From: Pecten maximus
Lineage: Eukaryota
DNA: 64,000 nucleotides
Direction of reading: 5' to 3'
Assembly: GCF_902652985.1 (NCBI RefSeq)
Contig: NC_047026.1
Location: 26,102,001-26,166,000, forward strand
Position numbers and translations under genes: made by a program. Below the pieces are notes generated by a model. The model worked only from the letters and a program-made list of their open reading frames with translations, made no database searches and had not been told where the DNA came from. The first letter of the stretch is position 1. Each line of letters begins with the position of its first letter. This document shows positions 45,201 to 52,877 of this stretch, piece after piece.

Positions 45201-48200
45201 ACAGATACAGGGGACTTTGTACCATACAGACCTACAGATACAGGGGACTTTGTACCATACAGACCTACAGATACAGAGGATAGTCAAGAATATCTATAAA
45301 GGTTAGGCATTCAAATGTCATTATGTTTAGCATTTTGTCTAAATTAAAAGCCTTCCCTTTTTTCCCATTTGTTGTTCGGATGCAATGTAATACAGTTTCA
45401 TGTTTGTCTTGCATCGTTGTCTAAATGTCGAAATGATTATTGTCATTTTCCACAATTGTTTTAAGAAAAAAAGTTGGAATCAAATGTATTTATTTTTGTC
45501 TGAAACACATTGACGCCGGGAAATCCTGTGAATTATCCTAGTTGTTAGAGTGAGATTGGAGGTCGCGTTCCCACGGATCCCTGTCGTGGTAAAATGTTTG
45601 TACCTACTACAGACATACACAACAGCTTATACACAATGTATTGATCTAGGCTGTTACTATAGACTTGCTGTAATGTTCTCGTGTTTTCTTATGTCACGTC
45701 TATAAAGTGTACGGTGTACACGTTTACATTTATCGGCAATTCGTACAACACTGCACGAGATTCATACTTTTTCTTGTATGAAGAAAAAAATCCAAATTAC
45801 AGATATGTTCTAGTAGTGTGATTTGTCTGTTAGTTTTACGGCCTTTTTTTTTTTTTTTTTGCTGATAAATTTAAAACTTTTTATCAAGCTCAACTTCATT
45901 ATTCCCTATGGATTTATCTTAATTTGATTTCCTTTAAATCTGCTCCTGGCCTCAGCAGTTAATTAGTATATCATGTTATAATCATCTAAAAATAGAACAT
46001 GCCCCTACCTAGCGCTCACTGATTTACATCCCGGGATGATTAACAAAAGCATGGGTGTATTTATCTAATGCCGAAAAGTTCCATGGTGACTTTCCCCTTC
46101 AACCTATCTTTTTCGTTGACTTTGTAAGTAGTACATTCTGTTGTGACTTTGATCTCTCATCTTTCTTTGCCTTCTAGACAGCAACCAGCATCGACTGCTT
46201 GACGTTTTGTTTCTGATGGGTGGCTTTGATCGCTAGTTCACCATTCTTCAAAACAAACCAGTTTGCGCATGGGTGTATGACATATTTCCCTATATTTACA
46301 TATAGAAATTGGAGCATCACATTAGAGAATAGCATTTATCATTGGGCAGGTTCTCGGTTTTAATTGCAATTATCAAAAATTCAGTTTTGATTCTCACATT
46401 ATATCTTCATTAGGATATATTCTATGATATTTTTGTATTTTGATCATAAGAGGCTTTAAGGGTTTACACTATTTATAAAAGATATCTGTATTACAATAGA
46501 AAAATGTTTAATATATAGGTTTTTGTATTTGAAGTATGATTATATACATTGATAACGTAGTCACTCAAAGGCCAGTCTATAGTGTCCTTAAAAAGTATAG
46601 GGAGAATAAGGCCAAGTTGCTCAGGAGGAAAAGCACTTTCTGCATCATGGACGACACCATGAGGACAGTAGCATGTCATCTCGACCCCCTTAATGTTACT
46701 GTTTCAATATGTATTTTCTAAATGTTCATTTTTTTTTTGTCTTAACGTTCAACTAACTTGGAAAGTCGCTGTTGATCTCAGTTTTTTGTTTGGGGTTATA
46801 TGGGGTCGGGGAAATGTGATAATTCCATTTTATGCTTGATATATTTGTAATTCTCTATTCTCAGCTTTGTACTTCTTTGTTGACGAATTCGTAAGATAAA
46901 GCATTTTGTTGATATGTTGATCGGTATCAGCCGCTCTTTAATTACAAAGTACGACAGCTCACAACAAAGCTGAATAATAAACGTGATGATATTTCAATTC
47001 CCCAATACTTGATTTTCCATTTCTAGATAGTAACATATCTGCTTCACCTACCTAAGGTGTTTATATATGCAAGTTGATTCAATATTCAAGGACTTGTTCC
47101 CATTTTCACGATTTCTTTGACAGATGTCGACTGGCTACAAGAAACCTAACATTACAATGTTACAATATAGGCTGGTAGATAAAGACCATGGGAAGGCAGT
47201 CGACAGTTAATACTTGGTAAATATTCTATTTCCTTGTTCCATATAAAGTCAGACATGTTCATTCTAAGCTTGTTGATATGCCTTGTGGTTCAGTTGGGAC
47301 TATCCCACTGTGACTTACCCGGATTTGTCCTCAACAGTTCAGGTCTCATCGTTGAAGCGGAAGTCGCTTACACTTTGGAACCAACTTGTCTTATTCTACT
47401 TGTATTTTTTCGGCGATTTTCAAATAAATCTATACTTTTGTTTGAATGTTGCCCTCTTTTTGTCGATTATATGTTGGAATTATGTGTTGGTTCGATTGTC
47501 GGTATTCTGTGCTATTTTTGCTCTCTTGTCGATGTTGAGTTGTAATTAAGATTGTGTTAATGTCCGCATTTTATTTCGATTGTGTTTGCCCTGGTTTTGT
47601 TGATACTGTCTTTTTCATGCTAAATCTACCATTATTCAACAATGTTACCTTTTTAACACCTGGTGACTGTATAAAAATACGACACGTCAAGACATTAAAG
47701 TTAATAAGTATCATATGATATGCCTTGTAGACTTGTCAGTCTTAGTCAGGTTGAACATAACGGCATAAATATACACTGGAACGGGTTTAAATGGAATAGT
47801 ACCCACGAAATAATCCCCTACTGTAAACATGCCCTACTGAGGTCAATGGGGTCCGAGGTACACTATAGTCCAATAATTTCTAGTTAATCTAGGTGTATTA
47901 AACGTACGACTTATCAGCCATGATAAAACTTTATATGTTTAGTAAGTCTATCAGACCATATCAGTTACAATATGATTGCAATTCCTTCTGTACTCACTAT
48001 ATATACCTGATATCTACGTGTGCAGTTAGTTTTTGATATATTACAATATCCATTGTTTTGTCGTTTTTTTTAATCAAATTAACATAGCACATTTTGTAAA
48101 CAGTAATTAAATAGATTTTGGTAAAGACAGGTATAAAATGTAAAGGATTTATTTTTTGTATGAATCTGAATTTAAATAATTGCAGTAGTTATATATATAA

Positions 48201-48831
48201 TATATGTATACGTATAGTAAATGTCTACACAGGAGTCACTGGATAAACTGTACCTGCATTATTACTACGTTACCTGGTAGTAATGTATAAACGTTAATTA
48301 TGAAGTAGTAAAATTAACATATATAGCTTTACACTTTTTGTCAATATATTCTGTCCCATTACTTATAAACAATATTAAAAATATGAGTTTACAGAAATAT
48401 AAAGTGACTGTCATGTTGGTATATTTGAGATCAATTTAGATAAATAATAAGTGTGTATACATACAGGTAAAAAATGAATTACATCCTACAATCAATCTAC
48501 TTAGCACAGGTAGTGCATTAGGCCATATAACACGCCATGTGTTTCCCGGGGCGGTGTGTTTATAGCTCTCTAGTCTGAAGTCGTGATAGTTCCATTGTTT
48601 TACCTGGTGATTTACCTGTATACGCAACTCACCTTTCCCAAGACACCTTCTCACACCTGATTCTGTTCCACCGTCGACACCTCGTGTCTGAGATTTAGGA
48701 GACACATTTGTATGTTGGATATTCCTTTCAGGTTCAATCTTTCTGCTTTCGTATCCTGATATTACCAAACACAATAGAATGAAACATAGGTGAAATAAAA
48801 TCCTCCATCGAAGTTTCACTATTTTTTCCAT
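58..48831 (-). CDS. Gene A (whole span, 3' end outside window): secreted laminin alpha-like protein lacking the short arm, with coiled coil, mucin/proteoglycan insert and at least 3 laminin G domains
   Basis: 24 GT-AG exons join in consistent phase into one ORF of ~1672 aa. Signal peptide MEKIVKLRWRILFHLCFILLCLVISG; Laminin_II-like end LRNNIAELREKIDRARAITSALPVAVAM; LamG motifs QWYNLHVTR, SGCIGSVIVNG, VFDGDGY, YADGLFHAV, IYVGG, SLTGCISKLRI. Family assignment is by motif recognition, not a database search. Confidence 0.85.
2719..2852 (-). CDS. Gene A exon 23 (LG3)
   Basis: tttcccag|...|gtacgt; phase 0->2; KFNINIDLDVAGVTITESVVGNEEKLFTTLNHEDRWVTLVIEDL. Confidence 0.8.
4336..4470 (-). CDS. Gene A exon 22 (LG3 start)
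   Basis: ttgttttag|...|gtatgt; phase 0->0; LWHHCVQFVDISTPVTLEDLLESSRIYVTVSAGAVGTILNYKRKD. Confidence 0.8.
4856..5029. mobile_element. Small hairpin element with imperfect ~40-bp terminal inverted repeats enclosing a degenerate hammerhead motif (Penelope/retrozyme-like relic)
   Basis: 4856-4896 is an imperfect reverse complement of 4989-5029; central CUGAUGA...GAAA motif on the minus strand. Confidence 0.5.
4907..4946 (-). ncRNA. Degenerate minimal type I hammerhead ribozyme motif (probably inactive)
   Basis: Minus strand ugu-CUGAUGA-ggau-(11 nt)-aucc-GAAA-cg-C-c-acg. Stem II is intact but U16.1 is C. The canonical GAAACGUCACA occurs on the opposite arm at 4981. Confidence 0.5.
5590..5680 (+). 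mobile_element. Helentron-associated (HINE/pearl-like) 3' end relic
   Basis: GACG/GACA microsatellite (gacgggcggatggacagacggac) followed by a short C-rich/G-rich stem-loop and an A-rich end. Confidence 0.35.
5700..7240. repeat. 49-bp minisatellite, ~30 copies (homogeneous core 5902-7130, degenerate ends)
   Basis: Unit ggactcgacagtgatattagggacaccatacagcttgttatatcatgtt. Confidence 0.97.
8186..8414. repeat. 33-bp tandem repeat, ~7 copies
   Basis: Unit aattaaagcgactataactgtaaattttatact. Confidence 0.95.
9258..9363 (-). CDS. Gene A exon 21 (LG2 end)
   Basis: tttccag|...|gtgagt; phase 2->0; SLTGCISKLRITDRDIPMYMLQESKNVVYGSCSDS (LamG GC...C disulfide pair). Confidence 0.9.
9909..10072 (-). CDS. 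Gene A exon 20 (LG2)
   Basis: ctaacag|...|gtacag; phase 0->2; VNVQTKEIEATLDG...IDDGIYVGGLGLTSQIIGGKTKL. Confidence 0.9.
10752..10877 (-). CDS. Gene A exon 19 (LG2)
   Basis: tgtttcag|...|gtaaat; phase 0->0; HLQMLLSVSEGSIHMEARTKRGTTVLRSKENIYADGLFHAVE. Confidence 0.9.
12719..12878 (-). CDS. Gene A exon 18 (LG2 start)
   Basis: tttcaatag|...|gtgcgc; phase 2->0; GWPTSPSMVFDGDGYVLFP...FLKFSTRQREGVLLLLNDQRQ. Confidence 0.9.
12900..13100. repeat. Degenerate AT-rich tandem repeat (~33-37 bp, ~6 copies)
   Basis: Recurring ...ttcttaaaat..gatatcaaaatt...tata. Confidence 0.6.
13219..13331 (-). CDS. Gene A exon 17 (LG1 end)
   Basis: cttttcag|...|gtagat (weak donor chosen because it keeps phase); phase 0->2; RSANVSGCIGSVIVNGQAVGLANTGNTTQAVRTCTSK. 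Confidence 0.8.
13760..14250 (+). mobile_element. Internally deleted Crypton-like (DUF3504/KCTD1-ZMYM-type tyrosine recombinase) transposon relic
   Basis: ORF 13809-14378 contains RFQNATDVEIESILTDRDSKHTIK and FIRKFYADIRKASGEFY, resembling the N-terminal part of DUF3504/Crypton proteins; no catalytic region is present. Confidence 0.6.
14452..15740. repeat. 37-bp minisatellite, ~35 copies, with two alternating variants
   Basis: Unit ttcaggtacaggtaacattaagt(a/t)ccca(ctcctt/ttcatg)tca. Confidence 0.97.
17021..17165 (-). CDS. Gene A exon 16 (LG1)
   Basis: ttcttgatcag|...|gtaagc; phase 2->0; TGHTIEMRTTRLGNDTEPTLEATAFPDMQVLQRSPTTVQVSGSSPPDQ. Confidence 0.88.
17368..17501 (-). CDS. Gene A exon 15 (LG1)
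   Basis: atatag|...|gtaagt; phase 0->2; VAYGIELVDSVPTVSVTGTDGELYGTIKSSVTLETSQWYNLHVTR. Confidence 0.88.
17752..17842. repeat. 13-14 bp tandem repeat, ~7 copies
   Basis: Unit (ac/aa)ctatgccag(g)t. Confidence 0.85.
19219..19365 (-). CDS. Gene A exon 14 (LG1 start)
   Basis: ctataaag|...|gtgagt; phase 0->0; VAVAMVDGREYNAEVSSTSETLSPVTSLEVCFKPERSAMTVASFHGNGE. Confidence 0.85.
19820..20000 (-). mobile_element. Degenerate CORE-type tRNA-derived SINE fragment
   Basis: cagggttaaacgtctttcccaaggatac resembles the reverse-strand CORE/MIR motif GGTTAAGTG(A/T)CTTGCCCAAGG(T/A)CAC. Confidence 0.4.
20240..21885. repeat. Compound ~31-bp minisatellite with interleaved variant monomers
   Basis: Main unit cacagcgtcaacacacaaggacagaatatac; variants cacttcacaacaccaacaagacagaatatac and cagtgtcgacaaacaaggatagaat. 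Explains ORFs 20229-21074 and 21359-21562. Confidence 0.95.
22015..22178 (-). CDS. Gene A exon 13 (Laminin domain II-like C-terminus of the coiled coil)
   Basis: attttcag|...|gtatgt; phase 1->0; ETVRSNMHQIKE...ATKLRNNIAELREKIDRARAITSALP. Confidence 0.9.
22993..23289 (-). CDS. Gene A exon 12 (coiled coil)
   Basis: gattctag|...|gttgtt; phase 1->1; IVERWGTVNGNVAIIRDF...NRLEQAKMIAEAELQKAQ...MMTDLLAK. Confidence 0.85.
23669..23758 (-). CDS. Gene A exon 11 (coiled coil)
   Basis: ttttgaag|...|gtaaat; phase 1->1; DKLQKRAENEREKSDELISRSIPINRRHD. Confidence 0.85.
24395..25667 (-). CDS. Gene A exon 10: mucin-like Thr/Pro/Ser domain with acidic Ser-Gly GAG-attachment-type motifs
   Basis: ttttgtcag|...|gtaagt; 1273 bp, phase 0->1; internal 21-aa repeats (TTPIPTTQRPSTTVPSTPRPK); motifs TGSGGGDDED, LGSGGEE, DDDDIVFSGDD, EIGSGNEESD. 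Confidence 0.92.
26091..26208 (-). CDS. Gene A exon 9 (coiled coil)
   Basis: cctttccag|...|gtaggt; phase 2->0; TIIPVMKKAKEFIAKRSKTGNNVRLQLLAIVGRLADIVV. Confidence 0.85.
26488..26654 (-). CDS. Gene A exon 8 (coiled coil)
   Basis: tttctttcag|...|gtatat; phase 0->2; RNIALRNAYIERRPPNDQ...EIEQLATDSYQKSRQLGRTVESMA. Confidence 0.85.
27400..27720 (-). mobile_element. Highly degenerate DIRS-like reverse transcriptase fragment
   Basis: Minus-strand pieces, in the expected order: FHMETLRI, SFTHVP, LNLDLSTLPKVFIR (cf. DIRS RT FKMETL / DAYFHVP / LPFGLSSAPRVFTK); frameshifted. Confidence 0.35.
27867..27962 (-). CDS. Gene A exon 7 (coiled coil)
   Basis: tcatacag|...|gtatga; phase 0->0; RYLNSLTDRYMDARNYSYTANKEIRAVQRDVQ. 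Confidence 0.85.
28231..28396 (-). CDS. Gene A exon 6 (coiled coil)
   Basis: ttgtttcag|...|gtgaaa; phase 2->0; RCMDQERQYDAIFKSFKNRDARALFVDIARYRRRIETRLYGQIRGDVRQRIHTYQ. Confidence 0.87.
28690..28805 (-). mobile_element. Dispersed short repeat (putative 3' end of the Penelope-like family); other copies at ~30020-30130(-), 47305-47400(+), 51040-51150(+), 52370-52430(-), 61630-61810(-)
   Basis: Shared motif ...GATTTGACCTAG...GTCGATGAAGCAGAAGACGCTTA...CCTGGT(C/T)TTAATCTCCTTG. Confidence 0.6.
28912..29182. repeat. Mixed 8/10-bp simple repeat
   Basis: accttcatca / acctatca units. Confidence 0.95.
30880..31069 (-). CDS. Gene A exon 5 (coiled coil)
   Basis: ttccacacag|...|gtatca; phase 1->2; ALLDVTQLVRFVHLRAYERR...QAQSRAKAMHMILERIK. 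Confidence 0.85.
31110..32585. repeat. C-rich 9-11 bp simple repeat (atactacccc / atactgatccc), ~1.5 kb
   Basis: Directly visible; the minus strand reads (GGGGTAGTAT)n. Confidence 0.97.
33883..33985 (-). CDS. Gene A exon 4
   Basis: catttcag|...|gtcagt; phase 0->1; VSERFMSIHSGARHDITEVKNQLKVIHDENNRAY. Confidence 0.85.
34340..34435 (-). CDS. Gene A exon 3 (start of coiled coil)
   Basis: ataatgccag|...|gtacag; only phase 0 is open; EQRMRPKLNVAVHNLKQTMANVLQIMQKKVKK. Confidence 0.8.
36059..36576 (-). CDS. Gene A exon 2 (basic Arg/His/Lys-rich region); 3' boundary uncertain (36059 or 35986)
   Basis: tttattacag| phase 1 joins exon 1 as RRCLGK-E-CENVDITTEKRHH; cag|gtacag at 36059 gives a phase 0 join to exon 3. 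Confidence 0.65.
36921..38150. repeat. 46-bp minisatellite (~23 copies) preceded by a forward/inverted monomer pair
   Basis: Unit aaaccctgactacataggctatcagtaaacgggtataacaccaaca; inverted monomer at ~36983-37040. Confidence 0.95.
39445..39700 (-). mobile_element. MetaSINE-like SINE fragment
   Basis: catactgccgaatacatccagcaggacatcccacccggtcatatcataatgacaacgagcgaaccggtcg resembles the reverse-strand Meta domain; a homologous copy lies at 51900-52150 on the + strand. Confidence 0.55.
39705..41035. repeat. 25-27 bp purine/G-rich minisatellite, ~50 copies
   Basis: Unit ggcattaggaagggcagtatcaaggga. Confidence 0.97.
41875..42300. repeat. 30-bp minisatellite, ~14 copies
   Basis: Unit cacaaacaatagacagcattaatcatactt. 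Confidence 0.96.
42325..43263. repeat. 26-bp minisatellite, ~36 copies
   Basis: Unit cacaaagaacaggatg(t/c)accatactt; stop-free on +, which explains the three overlapping ~300-aa ORFs. Confidence 0.97.
44583..45282. repeat. 33-bp minisatellite, ~22 copies with deletion variants
   Basis: Unit gacttagtatcatacagacatacagttacaggg. Confidence 0.95.
46950..47400 (+). mobile_element. Penelope-like retroelement relic (RT C-terminal/thumb region plus downstream motif)
   Basis: Translates, with one frameshift and one stop, to RQLTTKLNNKRDD/FNSPILDFPFLDSNISASPT*GVYICKLIQYSRTCSHFHDFFDRCRL, matching the PLE pattern TKLYDKRDDFNFxIxxFPFLxSNIPxxPAYGVYxSQLIRYxRxC. Confidence 0.8.
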
Positions 48832-49512
48832 TGTATGTGAATATCGAAATAACACCTGATGTTCAGACACAGTTATACACCTATCACAATTTACCTGCTG
48901 GTGATCCACAAATTCACAGGTAATAATTTAACGTGTATGTTTAACTTCGCGAATCACGTGGTTTGTAAAGGGTATTGAGGTCATACGACTATATTCGGCA
49001 TTTGTAAACACTTGCGTCATCAGTGCGGTAAGGTTTTTGTGACATTCAGTCGTGGGACAGACGCACAATACGATGTACCATACGGTGATTTGACCTTTTC
49101 ATCGTCAAATCTGGCATTTTGGCAGTAACATGTCACTTGTACGGGCAAGCAGGGATGAAATCTATGATTTACAAAAAAGCGCTGTTGCATTATATCAGTT
49201 TAGATAAACAGATAGTTTTATTCGTTTACAAGGAGGATGCAGTTAACTTAGAGGTCTGTTTCAGTTGTGAAATGCTAAATAATGTTATCAAAATTTGGGT
49301 AAATGGCCAGGCGGATTTTGTTTAAGAATTGTTCATGAGTAACTTCAAATCTTTTATTGTCGTGAAATACAGGACAATACAGCGATACAAATAAGTAGCA
49401 TGCTATATATGCTAGGGCAGGTATTTATAAAGAGTGTTTGCTAGAGCATTAACGTTTGACGTTTACCTGTGTGTAGGGGTGTTAACTTGTGAGGTATTTT
49501 GTCAGGCAGGTG
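48004..49512. promoter_or_regulatory. Cluster of 15 CAGGTA/CAGGTG (E2-box-type) motifs around the first coding exon of gene A
   Basis: Sites at 48004, 48128, 48251, 48271, 48464, 48507, 48601, 48613, 48654, 48853, 48892, 48917, 49418, 49464, 49507 (either strand); about 1 expected by chance at ~35% GC. Confidence 0.5.
48633..48831 (-). CDS. Gene A exon 1 (ATG plus signal peptide)
   Basis: MEKIVKLRWRILFHLCFILLCLVISG-YESRKIEP...RRCLGK; strong donor aag|gtgagt, phase 1, matching exon 2. Confidence 0.75.
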
Positions 49513-50246
49513 ATTCTTTGTTCCCCACTAAACCAGTGAAGTGTTTAGAGACTAAAACATGAAATCATTAGACTGTGATTAATTGATCTCTCGCTCACAT
49601 TGCTACCTTATGTTGTTCCACATCTAAACAAAACAGTGATGTTGTATTTCATAGACTCTATCATTTTTAAATTCAACTTATAATATTGGATTGAAGTTAC
49701 TCGTTTATCTCTATGAAAAATATTATTTTAAATCAGCTATAACAATAGGTAAATATTTCAACTTTTGACTTGTTATGGTGTCACATCATTAGACACCACA
49801 ACAAACCACCAATTTACACTTCTGATACCATGACATTGCGTATTTTGTAATATTTCTATATATGATATATTAAATGTTTCAATGGTAGATTTCAGAATTT
49901 CATATGCACAATGATATACAAGTATTAGAAAATAGAATGAGTAAACGACCTTACTTGTTATACCCTCTTACTCAAGAATTGTTCCACTCTCTCATTTTTG
50001 GTCACAGGTAGCTCTGAGCTTTTGCTTTTGTCATACTTATTCAATTCCTTCCATCATCAAGAAATCATTGTGCGGCGGTAATGAACATATCTTTTGCAGA
50101 TGACCAAACGGTGGAGCGGTATTTATCTCAGCCTTGTTTCATGTTGAGACGATCGTGAAGTAAGTTATATTAATTTTTTAAACAGGAAGATGTCCTTTTG
50201 AACAACCAGAGTAATAACCATATGGTACCATATATATATATATATT

Positions 50247-50375
50247 TAAAAAATAACAAAAAACAGACTTTGCCGCAAGGCCTTTCTGCCCTCTCAGGCT
50301 TCTTCAGGCGAACTAAACTCGCATAAAGAAGCCTGAGAGGGCAGAAAGGCAAAGTCTGTTTTTTGTTATTTTTTA
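50247..50375. mobile_element. Long inverted-repeat hairpin carrying a hammerhead motif (Penelope pLTR/retrozyme-like relic)
   Basis: ~50-bp arms aaaataacaaaaaacagactttg..cctttctgccctctcaggcttctt / aagaagcctgagagggcagaaaggcaaagtctgttttttgttatttt; (TA)n nearby on both sides. Confidence 0.7.
50274..50310 (-). ncRNA. Minimal type I hammerhead ribozyme motif
   Basis: cgc-CUGAAGA-a-gccu-GAGA-gggc-a-GAAA-ggcc-UU-gcg: 3-bp stem I, stem II closed by a GNRA loop (A.A at its base), palindromic stem III (AGGCCU). Confidence 0.65.
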
Positions 50376-50461
50376 TACATTCACCTTCGCAAGGACAGAT
50401 TTCAATTTCTTATATATATATATATAGAATAAAGTTGAAATGTCCATGTGACGGTAAATAC

Positions 50462-50573
50462 TAATAAAATAAAAAGCCAAACACAGATCTGCTGTCTCCC
50501 TGAAGAGCGGCAGAATGTAGCCGCGAAAGTACTAGGGAGACAGCAGATCTGTGTTTGGCTTTTTATTTTATTA
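50462..50573. mobile_element. Perfect ~40-bp inverted-repeat hairpin whose loop is a hammerhead core
   Basis: taataaaataaaaagccaaacacagatctgctgtctccct / agggagacagcagatctgtgtttggctttttattttatta. Confidence 0.75.
50491..50544 (+). ncRNA. Minimal type I hammerhead ribozyme motif
   Basis: gcugucucc-CUGAAGA-gcggc-agaaugua-gccgc-GAAA-guac-UA-gggagacagc: full core, 5-bp stem II, palindromic stem III (AGUACU), CUA cleavage triplet. Confidence 0.75.
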
Positions 50574-51899
50574 TATATTATATACGAGAAACAAGAGTAA
50601 GGTTATAGGTCGATGTTCCTGGTGATTTTTCATTTGAAAAAAGAAAACAAATGCGTATATTTATCAAAAGTCATATGCACTTATAACATCTTTCGTCGTA
50701 CATCTTTTAGTTGTTTTGTATATGGTTTTATGTCAAATATTGTCATTCCTTTTTATTACCAATCAGATCAGATGCCATTTGAATATTGAAGTATACATTG
50801 TGGTTATTTGTTGTTTTGTAAATATGTCTAAAGAAGGAAGGGTTACTTCCCTTATCATGAAATATCATGTTTATCATAGACACAGGTTTAATCTGTTAAC
50901 TTAACTGCTTTATTGGCGATTTATTGAGAAAACTTTATGAAGACCTTATTTGGAAATAATCTGTTTCCTTAAGCGATTTGAAGTTAGATGTGCTCGATAC
51001 TTGTTTATATGGCTCGTGGTTCCGTGGTCACCATCATAACTCTCATCTTAAGAATGCGAGTTAACCTGGATTTGACCTAGATATCGTCGAGAAAGCATAA
51101 GACGCTTACCGTTCTGATACAATTCGTCGTATGCTCTTCATACTTTTGCAAAAGTCTCCGTATTTGTTTTCATATCATGCCTTAGTGTTATCGATTTTTA
51201 TTTAGATTTACGGTTTATGTATAATGTCGATATTCTCAGTTGGTGTTATACTACTGTACTTCTCTCTACGACTCGTAAGAGACGCTAGAGACATCATACA
51301 GCTGATACTTTCCTCTACGAATCGTCAGTGATGCTAGGGGCCGACATTATAGCAATGCAAAGACGGGAAATGAAATAGAGCCTGGACAGATGGTAAAACA
51401 TAGAAGGGGTACATTTGATCTATCAGTTAATCAATTTCGTAACTTTCTTTTTGATATGGAATATGTAGAATTTACATATAGCCAGAGAATGTCATTTCGC
51501 TACTAATCACTAGCTTACAATCATCACATTTCATAAAGGTTTGTAGAACCATCGATTCTAAAGCCCCTTAAAAACACATTATACTATAAAAAGATTGAAT
51601 GTTACCTAATGCATACTTGATTTATTGCTCGATTTACCTGAAACATTACCCAATTTATCATAAACAGTGCCTCTTGTGCAGGTTGTGGTATTGATAATCT
51701 GGCGGCAAAACTTGGGTCATTGTTCTTTATTATTTCTATTATTCTACATTGAGACAGTATCATTATCACACCCTTTGTGAAATAAATTGATTATCCGAGT
51801 GACATGAAAGTTCACACATGTACTCACAAACATCTCCTTTTATAGGTCCCTACCTCTTTTCTCCACAACCAAAGGTAAAAAGTCAAGCAGCTGCAAGTG

Positions 51900-52150
51900 A
51901 GACATTAGAAAGAAACATTATAATGTGACTGTATGAGATGTATTACTAGATGCCTCGGCAGTATGTTTCAGTGAGATAACACTATAGAGTCGACATCGGT
52001 TTGCACTATCACAAGGTGACAAACACATATATACAGTATCACAGCCTCCTAAAACACACACACAGTTGCACTTCGCGCATGTACCTCACACACGGGAAGG
52101 TCGTCTTCATATGACCATAGATGTTCATAGGACGTAAACAGTACCAAACA
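51900..52150 (+). mobile_element. MetaSINE-like SINE fragment (same family as 39445-39700)
   Basis: cggcagtatgtttcagtgagataacactat...gcactatcac aligns to the reverse complement of 39530-39590; CA-rich segment and ...ataggacgtaaac tail. Confidence 0.55.
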
Positions 52151-52877
52151 AAACTGCGATACTGCATTAAAATCAATAGTGAGGTATTTATACAGACAAC
52201 TTAAATCATATCTAATTGCTATAAATATATCATTCAATCGTTCATAACTAACATTCCGTAATCAACAGAGAATACCGACATAATCATGAAACCGTCATTC
52301 CAACTAAAAACCAATAAAACGGGTCAAAATATGAACAAATCGTAGATAGATTTGCATGGGTAATACAATCAAGGTTAAGCGTCCGACCTTAAAAAAATCT
52401 AGGTCAAATCGGATCACATTCTCAATACCTGTACATCACCGAGGATCGAACATGTATAATTTCATATCACACAAGGAAATAAAATGTTTCCAAATGGGAT
52501 TGTGATGCCGACCATAAACGTTTCGACAGAGGTCAAATATGAGATTTGATCAATAGAATGTGTAATGCATTAAGAATTTTTTATCTGATTTTCAAACCTA
52601 CCTTTTTTGATAAATTGGATATTTCCGAATTTTCTATTTCTAACAAAATGTTTTAAATAATATATTATCAATGAGACATTGGAGAGGTTAACCTTACTTT
52701 TAAGTTTGTCTTTTTTCTTCTTTCATCAAGGCACATTGCAATGCTATGCAAACGTTGTCGAATACATGTATTTAACAAACAAACAAAACTAAAATCAAAC
52801 CACCAATGTAAAACGAATAGATATATGATTTCGTTGTTTGTTGAAAGTCAATGTATCCCTCAAACCACTATTAATTC

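Noticed and set aside
5700-45282. 26-49 bp repeat arrays as CRISPR
   Set aside because: Head-to-tail units with no unique spacers, no cas genes, and a eukaryotic context.
44937-45299. 120-aa ORF with 11-aa repeats
   Set aside because: Translation of the 33-bp satellite.
48985-49025. Minus-strand CUGAUGA...GAAU near the gene A start
   Set aside because: Core mismatch, weak stem II and no convincing stems I/III.
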